DNA of 64,000 nucleotides from Treponema sp. (GTDB taxonomy: Bacteria; Spirochaetota; Spirochaetia; Treponematales; Breznakiellaceae), in assembly GCA_009781915.1 (NCBI GenBank), contig WQUW01000001.1, positions 225 to 64,224 of the forward strand. The letters are read 5' to 3'. Within the stretch, counting starts at the first letter, position 1. Every line of letters starts with the position of its first letter. Made by a program: the position numbers and the translations under genes. Shown in pieces: positions 7,517 through 17,209 of the stretch. A model generated the notes under the pieces. That model searched no databases and was not told the DNA's origin. It saw nothing but the letters and a program-made list of their open reading frames with translations.

Positions 7517-10486
7517 ATGTCCAAAGAACCCCTGTACCTGATTGACGCCTACGGGCTTATCTACCGTTCATATTTCGCGTTTTTAAGCCATCCCCTGCGT
7601 AACTCCGCCGGGAAAAACGTGTCGGCCCTGTTCGGGTTTGCCCGCACGCTGGTAAGCCTTCTTAACTCAGGCGCGCCGGCTGCCGGCCCGCAGGGCAATG
7701 TTCTTCCGCAGCCGCGAAAACCGCTTAGGCTTGCGGCGGTGTTCGATTCCCGCACCCCCACCTTCCGGCACAAGATGTATAGCGAATACAAGGCAAACCG
7801 CCAAAAAACGCCCGACGATCTTCACGAGCAGGTTCCCTTGGTGGAAGAGGTTCTTTCAGCCCTGAACATTCCCAGCCTCAGAGTTGACGGCTACGAGGCG
7901 GACGACATTATCGCAACCCTAGCGTTGAAATGTCAGGGGGAAGGCCGGCAATGCTACATTCTTTCCTCGGACAAAGACCTGCTTCAACTTGTGGGAAACG
8001 GAACATGGGAACTCAGGCCGCTTAAGGGAAAAGCCGAGGGGGGAGAAGCGGGCCTCCCTTACGAACTTGTCGGCCCCAAAGAAGTTAAGGCCGAGTGGGG
8101 GGTAAGCCCGGACAAGGTGCTGGATCTTCTTTCCCTTACCGGGGACAGCTCCGACAACGTACCGGGCGTCAAGGGCGTGGGAGAAAAAACCGCCGTGAAG
8201 CTCATGACCCGCTACGGCAGTCTGGACGGGATATACAAAAACATCGCGGGCATTGAAGGGGCCATCGGAAAAAAAATCGCCGAAGGAAGGGAAAGCGCCT
8301 ACTTCTCCAAATCCCTTATCAAGCTTGACACCTCGGTTCCCCTTCCCATACATGATATTGACGATCTTTCGATAGAAAAGATTGACCGGTCTGCGGGCGC
8401 GCGGACGCTGCTTAGGGAAGGAATACGGCAAAGCGCGAAAGAGCTTGATCCTGGCGCGGGTAGCGCGAAAGGGGAAACCGGGGCGTTTTCGAGCGGCGGC
8501 TCTGCGCCTGAGCGTACCGCCCCCCCGCCGGCAAGCGGCCCGGAAGAACACGGGGAACGCAAGGAATTTGAAACAGGGCTGGCGCTTGCCGCCGATCCTT
8601 CCCTCTTTGGTGAGGGCGTTTACAAAGCCGTTCTGGATATAGGGGAGCTAGAAGCCCTTTTAGCACGGGCCAAACAGCAAAAACTGCTGGCGCTGGACTT
8701 TGAAACCGATTCCCTTGACGCATGGAACGCAAAGCCCATCGGCATTTCCTTCGCGCTAAAGCCAAAGGAGGCTTTTTACGTGCCCGTTGCCCCCCATCGT
8801 GGAACCGCCCCCGGCGGCGAAATGCCCGCAAAGGACGGAACGCCCGCAAGAGATGAAAGCCCGGCCCCCTTTCTCGATCCCGAAAAGATCAAAAGTATTC
8901 TTCTGCCCTTCTTCTCTGACCCCTCCATGACCATCGTGGCGCATAACGCAAAATACGACTACAAGGTTTCACGGGGCTGGGGCATACCCCGCTGGCAGTG
9001 CAAAATTTGGGACACTATGGTTGCCGCTTGGCTGATTGACCCGGAGCGGAGCAGCTATTCGCTGGATTCGCTTGCGGCATACTTTTTCGGGCTAAGTCCC
9101 ATAACGTATAACAGCATAGTGCCCAAAGGCAGCACCTTCGACACCGTTCCCTTGGAAACCGCCTGCAGCTATGCCTGCGAAGACGCGGATTTCTGCCTTA
9201 GGGTAAAGCAGCATTTGGAGGGAAACCTTGATCCGGCTTCCCAATCCGCATCGGGCGAGGCGGGAACCCTTTTCAGAAACCTAGAGATGCCCCTTTTGCC
9301 CGTCCTTGCGGAGATGGAAGGAGAGGGCATCAAGATAGAAAGCAGGGTTCTTCAGGAATTTGGGGTAGAATTGGGGAAGGAACTTGAGGGCATTCAGGAA
9401 AAGACCTACAAAATTGTGGGGCACGAGTTTAACCTTTCGTCAACCCAGCAACTTCAGAAGGTGCTTTTTGAGGAACGCGGCCTTAAGCCCGGCAAAAAGA
9501 CCAAGACCGGCTATTCAACCGATGTGGCGGTGCTGGAAGAGCTGGCGCGGGAGGACGAAGTTCCGGCCCTCATACTCCGGCACAGGAGCCTGTCGAAACT
9601 CAAGTCAACGTATGTGGACGCGCTGGCAGGACTTGCCGACAAGGAAGGCCGGGTTCACACAAATTTTGTTCAAACCGGCACTGCCACGGGCCGCCTTTCC
9701 AGCCGGGAACCTAACCTACAGAACATCCCCATACGGGACGAGGAAGGCCGCCGCATCCGGGAAGCTTTTATTGCCAGGCCCGGCTGGGCGCTGGTTTCTG
9801 CCGATTACAGCCAGATCGAGCTTGTAATCCTTGCCCACCTGTCGGAAGACAAGAACCTTATCGAAGCCTTTACGGAGGGAAAGGACGTCCACGCCCGTAC
9901 TGCGGCGCTCATTTTCGGCATTGACGAAAATGATGAAAAAAACATCCCCGCAGAGCAGCGGCGCATCGCCAAGACCATCAATTTCGGGGTCATGTACGGC
10001 ATGAGTTCTTTTAGGCTAGCCAACGAACTGAGGATAAGCCGCACCGAGGCCGCCGCCTTTATCGAGGCATACTTTAGAACCTACGCGGGGGTGCGGAATT
10101 ACATTGACGGCCTTATCAGAAAAACCGAGGAAACGGGCTACGCCTCCACCATTCTGGGCAGGCGGCGCTATATCCCCGCCATCAATTCCCGGAACAAGAC
10201 CGAAAAAGCCGCCGCAGAGCGTGTGGCTGTGAATACCCCCATTCAGGGTTCAGCCGCAGACATTGTAAAGACCGCCATGCTTAGGCTGGACAGCGCCCTT
10301 GCCGCCGCATCGAGCCCCGCAAGACTCCTTTTGCAAGTCCACGACGAGCTTATCCTTGAATGCCCGGAAGACGCGGCAAGGGAAACCTGCGATCTTGTCA
10401 AAAGGGAAATGGAAAACGCCGTAAAGTTGAAGGTTCCCCTTAGGGTGAATGTAGAAACCGGGAAAAGGTGGGGGGATTTTCATTAG
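7517..10486 (+). CDS. polA: DNA polymerase I
   Basis: 5'-nuclease N-terminus (LYLIDAYGLIYRSYFAF); exonuclease motifs (LALDFETDSLD, HNAKYDYKV, YACEDAD); polymerase motifs A (SADYSQIELVILAHLS), B (RRIAKTINFGVMYGMS) and C (LQVHDELILE). Confidence 0.95.
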   Translation: MSKEPLYLIDAYGLIYRSYFAFLSHPLRNSAGKNVSALFGFARTLVSLLNSGAPAAGPQGNVLPQPRKPLRLAAVFDSRTPTFRHKMYSEYKANRQKTPDDLHEQVPLVEEVLSALNIPSLRVDGYEADDIIATLALKCQGEGRQCYILSSDKDLLQLVGNGTWELRPLKGKAEGGEAGLPYELVGPKEVKAEWGVSPDKVLDLLSLTGDSSDNVPGVKGVGEKTAVKLMTRYGSLDGIYKNIAGIEGAIGKKIAEGRESAYFSKSLIKLDTSVPLPIHDIDDLSIEKIDRSAGARTLLREGIRQSAKELDPGAGSAKGETGAFSSGGSAPERTAPPPASGPEEHGERKEFETGLALAADPSLFGEGVYKAVLDIGELEALLARAKQQKLLALDFETDSLDAWNAKPIGISFALKPKEAFYVPVAPHRGTAPGGEMPAKDGTPARDESPAPFLDPEKIKSILLPFFSDPSMTIVAHNAKYDYKVSRGWGIPRWQCKIWDTMVAAWLIDPERSSYSLDSLAAYFFGLSPITYNSIVPKGSTFDTVPLETACSYACEDADFCLRVKQHLEGNLDPASQSASGEAGTLFRNLEMPLLPVLAEMEGEGIKIESRVLQEFGVELGKELEGIQEKTYKIVGHEFNLSSTQQLQKVLFEERGLKPGKKTKTGYSTDVAVLEELAREDEVPALILRHRSLSKLKSTYVDALAGLADKEGRVHTNFVQTGTATGRLSSREPNLQNIPIRDEEGRRIREAFIARPGWALVSADYSQIELVILAHLSEDKNLIEAFTEGKDVHARTAALIFGIDENDEKNIPAEQRRIAKTINFGVMYGMSSFRLANELRISRTEAAAFIEAYFRTYAGVRNYIDGLIRKTEETGYASTILGRRRYIPAINSRNKTEKAAAERVAVNTPIQGSAADIVKTAMLRLDSALAAASSPARLLLQVHDELILECPEDAARETCDLVKREMENAVKLKVPLRVNVETGKRWGDFH

Positions 10487-10494
10487 GATATAGC

Positions 10495-10572
10495 TTTTGC
10501 CAAGGAAAAAACACAAAACACTTGTCTTTTGCCAAGGAAAAAACACAAAACACTTGTCTTTTGCCAAGGAAA
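10495..10572. repeat. 32-bp tandem direct repeat, 2.4 copies (TTTTGCCAAGGAAAAAACACAAAACACTTGTC)
   Basis: Identical units lie at 10495-10526 and 10527-10558, with a partial third unit at 10559-10572. The array sits between the polA stop and the ATPase gene start. Confidence 0.95.
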
Positions 10573-10588
10573 CTGATATGATGTAACA

Positions 10589-11899
10589 ATGAGCATGAGA
10601 AGGTTTGCCCTTGAAATCTTAGCGGACTGGAAAGCAAAGCCGGGCCATAAGCCCGTGATTATCAACGGTATACGTCAGGTTGGTAAAACGTGGCTTATGA
10701 AGGAATTTGGCCGTAATCATTATAAAAACACCGCTTATATCCTGTTTGAAAAAAACCCCAGATTGCAGGAATTGTTTTCCGTTGATCTGGATGTCCGCCG
10801 GATTTTAACAGGGCTTGAACTGGAGGCAGGCAAAAAAATAGAGCCGCGCGACACTTTGATAATTTTTGACGAAATTCAGGAATGCCCGAACGCGCTGACT
10901 TCCCTTAAATACTTTAACGAAAACGCCCCGGAATATGATATTGTCGCCGCAGGCAGCCTCCTTGGCGTATTTCTGCACAGCGGCGTATCTTTTCCGGTCG
11001 GTAAGGTTGAGTTTATGAACCTGTACCCGCTTTCCTTTTCCGAATTTTTGCCGGCAATAGGCGAGGAAAAACTGTACGAGTTAATAAAAAGCCACGACTG
11101 GGAATTGATAAAGGTGTTTAGGGACAAGCTTATAATTTGTCTTAAAACGTATTTTTACACTGGCGGTATGCCGGAAGTCGTATTGAATTTTTCCAGAGGG
11201 CGTGACTTTAACGCAGCCAGAGAAACGCAGAATTATATTCTGGATTCTTATCAATTGGATTTTTCAAAACATATACCTGTCAATGATCTGCAGAAGGCCC
11301 GCCAATTGTGGGATTCCATCCCTGTACAGCTTTCAAAGGACAATAAAAAGTTTGTATACAAGGATGTCAAAAAAAACGCCACAGCTTCTACGTTTGAAAC
11401 AGCGCTTGGCTGGCTGGAAAGCTGCGGCCTTGTGCACAAGGTTCCCCGTGTCTCAAAACCTGCGCTGCCGTTGAAAGGTTATGCCAATACGGGCGCGTTT
11501 AAGCTATACCTTTGCGATATTGGCTTATTGTCCGCAATGTCGGTATTGGACGCGAGAACCTTATTGCAGGGAGACGCTCTTTTTACCGAATTCAAGGGTG
11601 CGTTAACCGAGCAATATGCCTGTCAGGAAATGAAGTGCGTAAAGGGCCTTGAAATTGCGTATTGGACAAACGACAGCGCAACCGCCGAAATTGATTTTGT
11701 TGTACAGCATGAAAGTCAGATTATTCCGGTGGAAGTAAAATCGTCCGTAAACCTGAAAGCGAAAAGCATGGCAGTGTACCGCAAAAAGTTTGAGCCAAAA
11801 AATGAAATCAGAACATCGCTTGTAAACTTTAACAAATCTTCAAGACTGTTCGACATTCCGCTTTACGCGCTGGCTGAGTTTAAGGGTATTGTGGAATAA
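10589..11899 (+). CDS. AAA-superfamily ATPase of the DUF4143-containing family
   Basis: Walker A-like INGIRQVGKTWL and Walker B-like LIIFDEIQECP. The 436-aa length and C-terminal AEIDFVV...IPVEVKS restriction-endonuclease-like segment are typical of this common family. GC is low (21 of 60 in one counted line). Confidence 0.75.
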   Translation: MSMRRFALEILADWKAKPGHKPVIINGIRQVGKTWLMKEFGRNHYKNTAYILFEKNPRLQELFSVDLDVRRILTGLELEAGKKIEPRDTLIIFDEIQECPNALTSLKYFNENAPEYDIVAAGSLLGVFLHSGVSFPVGKVEFMNLYPLSFSEFLPAIGEEKLYELIKSHDWELIKVFRDKLIICLKTYFYTGGMPEVVLNFSRGRDFNAARETQNYILDSYQLDFSKHIPVNDLQKARQLWDSIPVQLSKDNKKFVYKDVKKNATASTFETALGWLESCGLVHKVPRVSKPALPLKGYANTGAFKLYLCDIGLLSAMSVLDARTLLQGDALFTEFKGALTEQYACQEMKCVKGLEIAYWTNDSATAEIDFVVQHESQIIPVEVKSSVNLKAKSMAVYRKKFEPKNEIRTSLVNFNKSSRLFDIPLYALAEFKGIVE

Positions 11900-11953
11900 A
11901 GCCATTAGCGCCCATTGATTTTAAGGAAGGCATCGTGTATTTTTTAGTAAGGT

Positions 11954-12202
11954 ATGTTTAGCGTGGAAGTAAGAGAAATGCTTGCCCAAGTAATCACTTC
12001 GTGGCAGGTTCTGGCGGTAACCGTGGTTCTCGTTCTTTACATTTCCCTTGTCAATTATGTGGCGAAGGTTCGCCATCGCTCCGGCGATTCTTTTTCGGCA
12101 CGGCGCAAAAGGAAGAAAGCGTCAAAGGTTCAGTTTCCCTCGGCCCCTGCGGTTGTCCCCGGCGATGATGATTTGGGCTTGGAGGAAATCCCGAAGGGGT
12201 AG
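11954..12202 (+). CDS. Hypothetical small membrane protein
   Basis: 82 aa with a single predicted TM helix (WQVLAVTVVLVLYISLVNYV) followed by a basic stretch. No family was recognised. Confidence 0.3.
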   Translation: MFSVEVREMLAQVITSWQVLAVTVVLVLYISLVNYVAKVRHRSGDSFSARRKRKKASKVQFPSAPAVVPGDDDLGLEEIPKG

Positions 12203-12314
12203 GCTGCGTTTAGTTGCTAGGCATAAACTGTATTTTATTTTATACTACCATTGTTGAAGCGGTTTTCCCCCTCAAAATACCGGCGCTCAGGGTGGGAAGG
12301 AGTAACTAACGCCC

Positions 12315-14528
12315 ATGCGAAAACAGCGTGATACTATTGTGCCCGCCTTTACTGTAAGCGTGGCTGTCCTTGCGGCGCTCTCTGTCTTTTCCGGCGTTGC
12401 GTTGTTTGTCCGCCTCTCCAATGACTCAGTCCGGATGCTGCACCTGCTGGGCATAGCCGCCACGGTTTTGCTTGCTGCAGTAAGCCTGTTTGGGCTGCGC
12501 TATGCGCTGCGCAGGGCCAAAACCGCCCCGGAAAAAGAGCGTGAATTGCATGAGGTAAACGAAATCTTCATTAACGCCGCTCCCTTTGTCATGAATGTGT
12601 GGGACGATGCCTATAACCTTGTGTCTACCAGCAGCCAAGCGGTGGAGATATTCGGGCTTTCCGGCAAAGAGCAGTACATCGAGCGGTTTTTTGAGTTTTC
12701 GCCTGAGTATCAGCCCTGCGGCACAAAGTCCCGGGAAAAAGCCATGAACTACGTGAAGGAGGCCTTTCGTGAAGGCCGCCGTGTTCAGTTTGAATGGATG
12801 CACCAAACCCTAAGCGGCGAGCCGCTGCCTACGGAAATTAACCTTGTGCGCTTTATGCGTGACGGCAAATACAGGGTTGCGGCATACACCATTGATTTGC
12901 GTCCGGTTAAAGCCGCCGAAGCGTTTACCCGCAAATTGCTGGACAACTCGCCGCTGCTTATGGAGTTCTGGGACAAAAACGGTACGCTGCTGGACTGCAA
13001 TGTAAAAATGCTCGACACCTTCAAGGTAAGCGGCATAAGCGAGTTCAGGGAGCGGTACTATGAGTTCACGCCGAAATACCAGCCCTGCGGCACATCGTCA
13101 AAGAAAAAGAATATGGATATGATACAACGTGCCGTGGAAAAAGGCAGTTCCAGCTCTGATTGGATGTTTACTCTGCCCAATGGCGATGAACTGCCTGTGG
13201 GGTCAACATGGGTACACGTTATGCGCCAGAGCGAGCCCGTAATTATCGTTTATAGCCACGATTTACGCCCGGTCAAGCAGGAAGCCCAAAGAGCTATCGC
13301 CGAAATACAGCGCCGGGAAACTGCGGAAGACGAAAGCAAGGCGAAAACCCGGTTTCTGGCGCGCATGAGCCACGAAATGCGCACGCCCATGAACGCTGTT
13401 TTAGGCATTGCCCAAATCCAGCTTCAAAAAGAAGGACACCCCCCCGAAACAGAGGAAGCGTTTTCACGCATTCACAACTCGGCGAGCCTGTTGCTTAACA
13501 TCATAAACGACATTCTTGACCTTTCCAAAGTTGAAGCGGGCAAGATGGAAATAATAAGCGCCGCCTATGAACTGACAAGCCTGATTATAGATACCGCACA
13601 GCTCAACTGTATGTACATTGGCAGCAAGGGGATTGAATTTAAGCTCAACGTGGACAAAAGCCTGCCGGTATATCTTATAGGAGACGCGCTTCGCATCAAA
13701 CAAATCCTGAACAACCTGTTGTCCAATGCGTTTAAGTACACGCAGAAAGGCACGGTAACGCTGTCCTTTGGAGTGGAAGCTGCTCCCGAACCCGGATATA
13801 CAACGCTTGTCCTTACTGTTAGCGACACCGGGCAGGGTATGGGAAAAGAAGATATTGAATTTTTGTTTGACGAGTTTGCCCGGTTTAATATGCACACCAA
13901 TCGCGCCACCGAAGGCAGCGGGCTGGGGATGCCTATCATACATTCACTGGTTACCATGATGCAGGGCGATATTAACGTGGAGAGCGAGCCGGGAAAGGGC
14001 AGTGTTTTTACCGTGCGCCTGCCCCAGAAGCTTTGCATTGACGATACCTTGGGTGAAGAAGCGGCGGCAAATCTGCAGAGCTGGGAGTTTGTTAGCCAGC
14101 AGCCTTTGAAGAAGATGGCTAAATTTGAGCACGAGCGTATGCCGTACGGGCGGGTGCTGGTTGTAGATGATGTAGAAGTCAACATATTCGTTGTTGAAGG
14201 GATTTTAGACGCATATGGCATCACTGTGGAAACCGCCAAAAGCGGGCTGGAGGCTGTCGAGAAAGTAAAAAGCGGGCAGGTGTACGACATCATATTCATG
14301 GATCACATGATGCCCGAAATGGACGGCATGGAAGCGGCAAAACACATACGGGCTATGGGGTATACGCATCCCATTGTTGCGCTGACCGCCAACGCCCTTA
14401 AAGACGCGGCAAAAATGTTTATGAACAACGGCTTTTCGGGCTTTATTTCCAAACCTATCGACATCGCGCAAATTGACGCATACCTTGTGCGCTTTATCCG
14501 CAACAAGCATTTGCCGCAGAGCCGTTGA
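12315..14528 (+). CDS. Hybrid sensor histidine kinase / response regulator with two PAS-like modules
   Basis: Two N-terminal TM helices; duplicated modules containing YQPCGT; H-box SHEMRTPMNAVLGIAQ; an HATPase region with G-box DTGQGMG and GSGLGMPI; C-terminal receiver VLVVDDVEVN...IIFMDHMMPEMDG. Confidence 0.9.
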   Translation: MRKQRDTIVPAFTVSVAVLAALSVFSGVALFVRLSNDSVRMLHLLGIAATVLLAAVSLFGLRYALRRAKTAPEKERELHEVNEIFINAAPFVMNVWDDAYNLVSTSSQAVEIFGLSGKEQYIERFFEFSPEYQPCGTKSREKAMNYVKEAFREGRRVQFEWMHQTLSGEPLPTEINLVRFMRDGKYRVAAYTIDLRPVKAAEAFTRKLLDNSPLLMEFWDKNGTLLDCNVKMLDTFKVSGISEFRERYYEFTPKYQPCGTSSKKKNMDMIQRAVEKGSSSSDWMFTLPNGDELPVGSTWVHVMRQSEPVIIVYSHDLRPVKQEAQRAIAEIQRRETAEDESKAKTRFLARMSHEMRTPMNAVLGIAQIQLQKEGHPPETEEAFSRIHNSASLLLNIINDILDLSKVEAGKMEIISAAYELTSLIIDTAQLNCMYIGSKGIEFKLNVDKSLPVYLIGDALRIKQILNNLLSNAFKYTQKGTVTLSFGVEAAPEPGYTTLVLTVSDTGQGMGKEDIEFLFDEFARFNMHTNRATEGSGLGMPIIHSLVTMMQGDINVESEPGKGSVFTVRLPQKLCIDDTLGEEAAANLQSWEFVSQQPLKKMAKFEHERMPYGRVLVVDDVEVNIFVVEGILDAYGITVETAKSGLEAVEKVKSGQVYDIIFMDHMMPEMDGMEAAKHIRAMGYTHPIVALTANALKDAAKMFMNNGFSGFISKPIDIAQIDAYLVRFIRNKHLPQSR

Positions 14529-14583
14529 CCACGAACCAGCGCGCCCGGCTTGATCTCCGGGCAAATACGCTTTACAACAAAGT

Positions 14584-15510
14584 ATGACGTGGACAAAACT
14601 TCAATTCGTATTTGCCGGATGTGTGGCGCTCCTGTGCTTACTCCCATCCTGTTCGCCCGGACAGGCCCGGCAATCCCCGCAACCCACACGGGCAAACGAG
14701 GAAGCGTTTATCGATGCGCTCGGACGGCGTTATGTGCCAGCCACCCTTCCCCGCCGCATTGTAAGCCTTAGCCCGGCGGTAACGGAGATACTTTTTGCCA
14801 TTGGCGCAGGGGAGACGGTAGTGGGGGTTACCCAGCACTGCGACTATCCCCTTGCCGCCCGTGAACTGGTGTCTGTGGGCGGCTTTGCCGGGGCGACCGT
14901 AAGCGTGGAACAAATCCGGGCGCTTAGCCCCGACCTTGTTATTCTTTCCGCCGATATGCACGCTAGAATTGTCGCTCTTCTTGACAACCTAGGTATTCCT
15001 TCCTTCGCCGTGGAACCCGGAAATTTTTCCCAAGTGTACCAGACTATCGCCCTTATAGGAAAACTGTCCGGCTTTGTCTCAGGCGCTGGAAACGTGATTG
15101 CGGAAATGAAAGAAACCATCGCCCGTGTTCAGGACAGCGTACAGGGCAGGGAACCCCCCGCCGTCTTCTGGGTTTTGTCGGAAGACCCCCTCATGACCGC
15201 AGGCGGCGAAACCTTCATTTCCGAGGTCATAACCCTGGCGGGGGGAACAAACATTTTCGCCGAGCTCCGGGAACAGTGGCCGCTGGTAAGCCCCGAACAA
15301 TTGCTGGTGCGAAGGCCCGACTGGGTGCTTTCCGGAAGCGGCATGGGCGCGGCAGAAAACCACCCCGGTGTAAGAAACCCCATTTTGCAGAACCTCCCCG
15401 CAGTCAGGGAAGGCCGTGTGGCCTTTGTGGACGGGGATATCCTGTACCGCTTTGGCCCCCGCTTGGCCCGTGCCGTAGCCCTGGTAGCGGAGATTATTCA
15501 CCATGAATAA
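14584..15510 (+). CDS. BtuF/FhuD-type (class III) substrate-binding lipoprotein, probable cobalamin/corrinoid binding
   Basis: Lipobox LLPSC. RIVSLSPAVTEILFAIGAGETVVGVTQHCDYP and LSPDLVI are typical of vitamin B12 ABC binding proteins. No permease or ATPase genes are adjacent. Confidence 0.75.
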   Translation: MTWTKLQFVFAGCVALLCLLPSCSPGQARQSPQPTRANEEAFIDALGRRYVPATLPRRIVSLSPAVTEILFAIGAGETVVGVTQHCDYPLAARELVSVGGFAGATVSVEQIRALSPDLVILSADMHARIVALLDNLGIPSFAVEPGNFSQVYQTIALIGKLSGFVSGAGNVIAEMKETIARVQDSVQGREPPAVFWVLSEDPLMTAGGETFISEVITLAGGTNIFAELREQWPLVSPEQLLVRRPDWVLSGSGMGAAENHPGVRNPILQNLPAVREGRVAFVDGDILYRFGPRLARAVALVAEIIHHE

Positions 15511-15526
15511 CCGCCCAAGCCGCGCG

Positions 15527-17209
15527 CTAACCAAGCTTGGAGATTTCAAAGCAGTGGTCGCCGAGCTTTTCGATACGGCGAACCATCTCGATAAAAATCA
15601 GTTCAGTTCTGACATTCCCGCCCGCCTCGATGCGCTTTCTGCCATGCTTGTGCAGTTTTTTGCGGGTCTTGTCGATACTGTCCTCAAGCTCGGCGGCGCG
15701 GGCCTTTTCTTCCCCGGTCGGAGTATGCCCCAGCCGCCCTTCCAGAAGCTCCAGGAACTCCCCGACAAGATCAACGTAGGGAATGAGCTTGTCCGTTTCC
15801 TTGCGCTTGAACATACAGTTTTTGCGGACGCTCTTTTCCAAAAGACGGCTAATGCTGTAACACTCATCGCTCATCGCCTCGATGCTGCTTATGACACGCA
15901 AGAGCCGGGCAATGCGGGCCTCGGATCGGGGACTTAGCTTCATGCGGGAACATTCGGCAAAAAACCCGGTAAGCGCGTCCAGCATCTCGTCAATGTACTG
16001 CTCCTTTTGCAGCAATTCTTCGCAAAGGACGGTGGCGGCTTTTTCCCTGTCCTTTTCTTCGGCTTCGTGAAGGCCGTGCAGCTCGTCCCGGAAGCGGGAA
16101 TACATGGAAGAGATTATACCCGCCATGTCGCTGATTTCCTTTTCCGCGCGGAGTATGTTAAGCTCAGGCGAATTGGCCCTGCCCGCGTAAATGTACGTGA
16201 ATTTGTAGGGCCCGCTTTTCCCGTCCGTTTTTTTATCGGGAAGGATAAAACAGATAAGCCGCGCGTACTGGTTTACAAAGGGCAGGAAAAGGGCCGTGTT
16301 GATAATGTTAAACGTGGTATGAAGCCCCGCTAGGTGAAGCGGTATCGCCTCGTTGTAGGCCGCCGCCGCCCAAGGGTCTCCCGGCAGAATCATGTTGACA
16401 AGGCTAAGCAGCGGGAACAGCACTGGAAGCGCCCACGCAACCCCGATAATGTTAAACAGAACATGCACAAGCGCCGCGCGTTTAGCGTTTACGTTGCCGG
16501 CAATAGCGGCAAGCGGAGCGTTAAGCGTCGTGCCGATCTGCGCGCCCATGATCATGCCGGCAGCCATCTCGTACGTGATAACGCCCTGAAACGTTATCGC
16601 CATGATCAGCGCGACAGAGCCTGTGGAAGAATTGATGATAACCGTAACCACCACACCCGCCGCCGCCCCAATCAGTATGGCAAGGAGCCTTCTGTCCCCG
16701 AATGCGCCTATCGCGTCAAAGTTGAAATGCTCGCTTAGGCTGGCTGTTCCTGTGGTAAGAAAGTGAAGACCCAGAAACAAAAACCCAAAACCCAGCATAA
16801 AATCGCCAATGCTCCGGTAATTCCACTTTATCATGCTGATGATAAACCCGATGCCAATGGCTGGCAGGGCAAGGCTGGAAATGCTTATCCTGAACCCGAC
16901 AATGGAAATAATCCATGCCGTAAGCGTCGTGCCGATATTCGTCCCGAACAGCACGCCTATGGACTGCGTAAGCGAAAGAAGCCCGACATTCACGAAAGAG
17001 ACGATCATGACGGACGTTACCGTAGAAGATTGCGTGATGGAAGTAACCATAAAGCCCGTAAACACCCCGGCAAGGCGGTTGCCGGTCATAAAGTTCAGGG
17101 TTTTTCTCATCCGCTCGCCGGCGCTTTTCTGCAGTCCTTCGCTCATTATCTTCATCCCGAAGAGGAGCATGCAAAGGCCGCCAGCCATGTTTAATAGCAG
17201 GGATACCAT
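15527..17209 (-). CDS. Na/Pi cotransporter family protein with C-terminal PhoU-like region
   Basis: The N-terminus (LLFGMKIMSEGLQKSAGERMRKTLNFMTGNRLAGVFTGFMVTSITQSSTVTSVMIVSFVN) matches the NptA-type Na/Pi cotransporter repeat; 560 aa. Confidence 0.85.
   Translation of the reverse strand: MVSLLLNMAGGLCMLLFGMKIMSEGLQKSAGERMRKTLNFMTGNRLAGVFTGFMVTSITQSSTVTSVMIVSFVNVGLLSLTQSIGVLFGTNIGTTLTAWIISIVGFRISISSLALPAIGIGFIISMIKWNYRSIGDFMLGFGFLFLGLHFLTTGTASLSEHFNFDAIGAFGDRRLLAILIGAAAGVVVTVIINSSTGSVALIMAITFQGVITYEMAAGMIMGAQIGTTLNAPLAAIAGNVNAKRAALVHVLFNIIGVAWALPVLFPLLSLVNMILPGDPWAAAAYNEAIPLHLAGLHTTFNIINTALFLPFVNQYARLICFILPDKKTDGKSGPYKFTYIYAGRANSPELNILRAEKEISDMAGIISSMYSRFRDELHGLHEAEEKDREKAATVLCEELLQKEQYIDEMLDALTGFFAECSRMKLSPRSEARIARLLRVISSIEAMSDECYSISRLLEKSVRKNCMFKRKETDKLIPYVDLVGEFLELLEGRLGHTPTGEEKARAAELEDSIDKTRKKLHKHGRKRIEAGGNVRTELIFIEMVRRIEKLGDHCFEISKLG

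Noticed and set aside
10495-10572. Possible CRISPR array
   Set aside because: The 32-bp units are directly adjacent with no spacers, there are only 2.4 copies, and there are no cas genes. It is a simple tandem repeat.
13565-14299. 244-aa ORF on the minus strand
   Set aside because: It is antisense to the HATPase and receiver part of the hybrid kinase.
14529-14583. Cobalamin riboswitch upstream of the BtuF-like gene
   Set aside because: The gap is only 55 nt and no B12-box-like sequence was seen.
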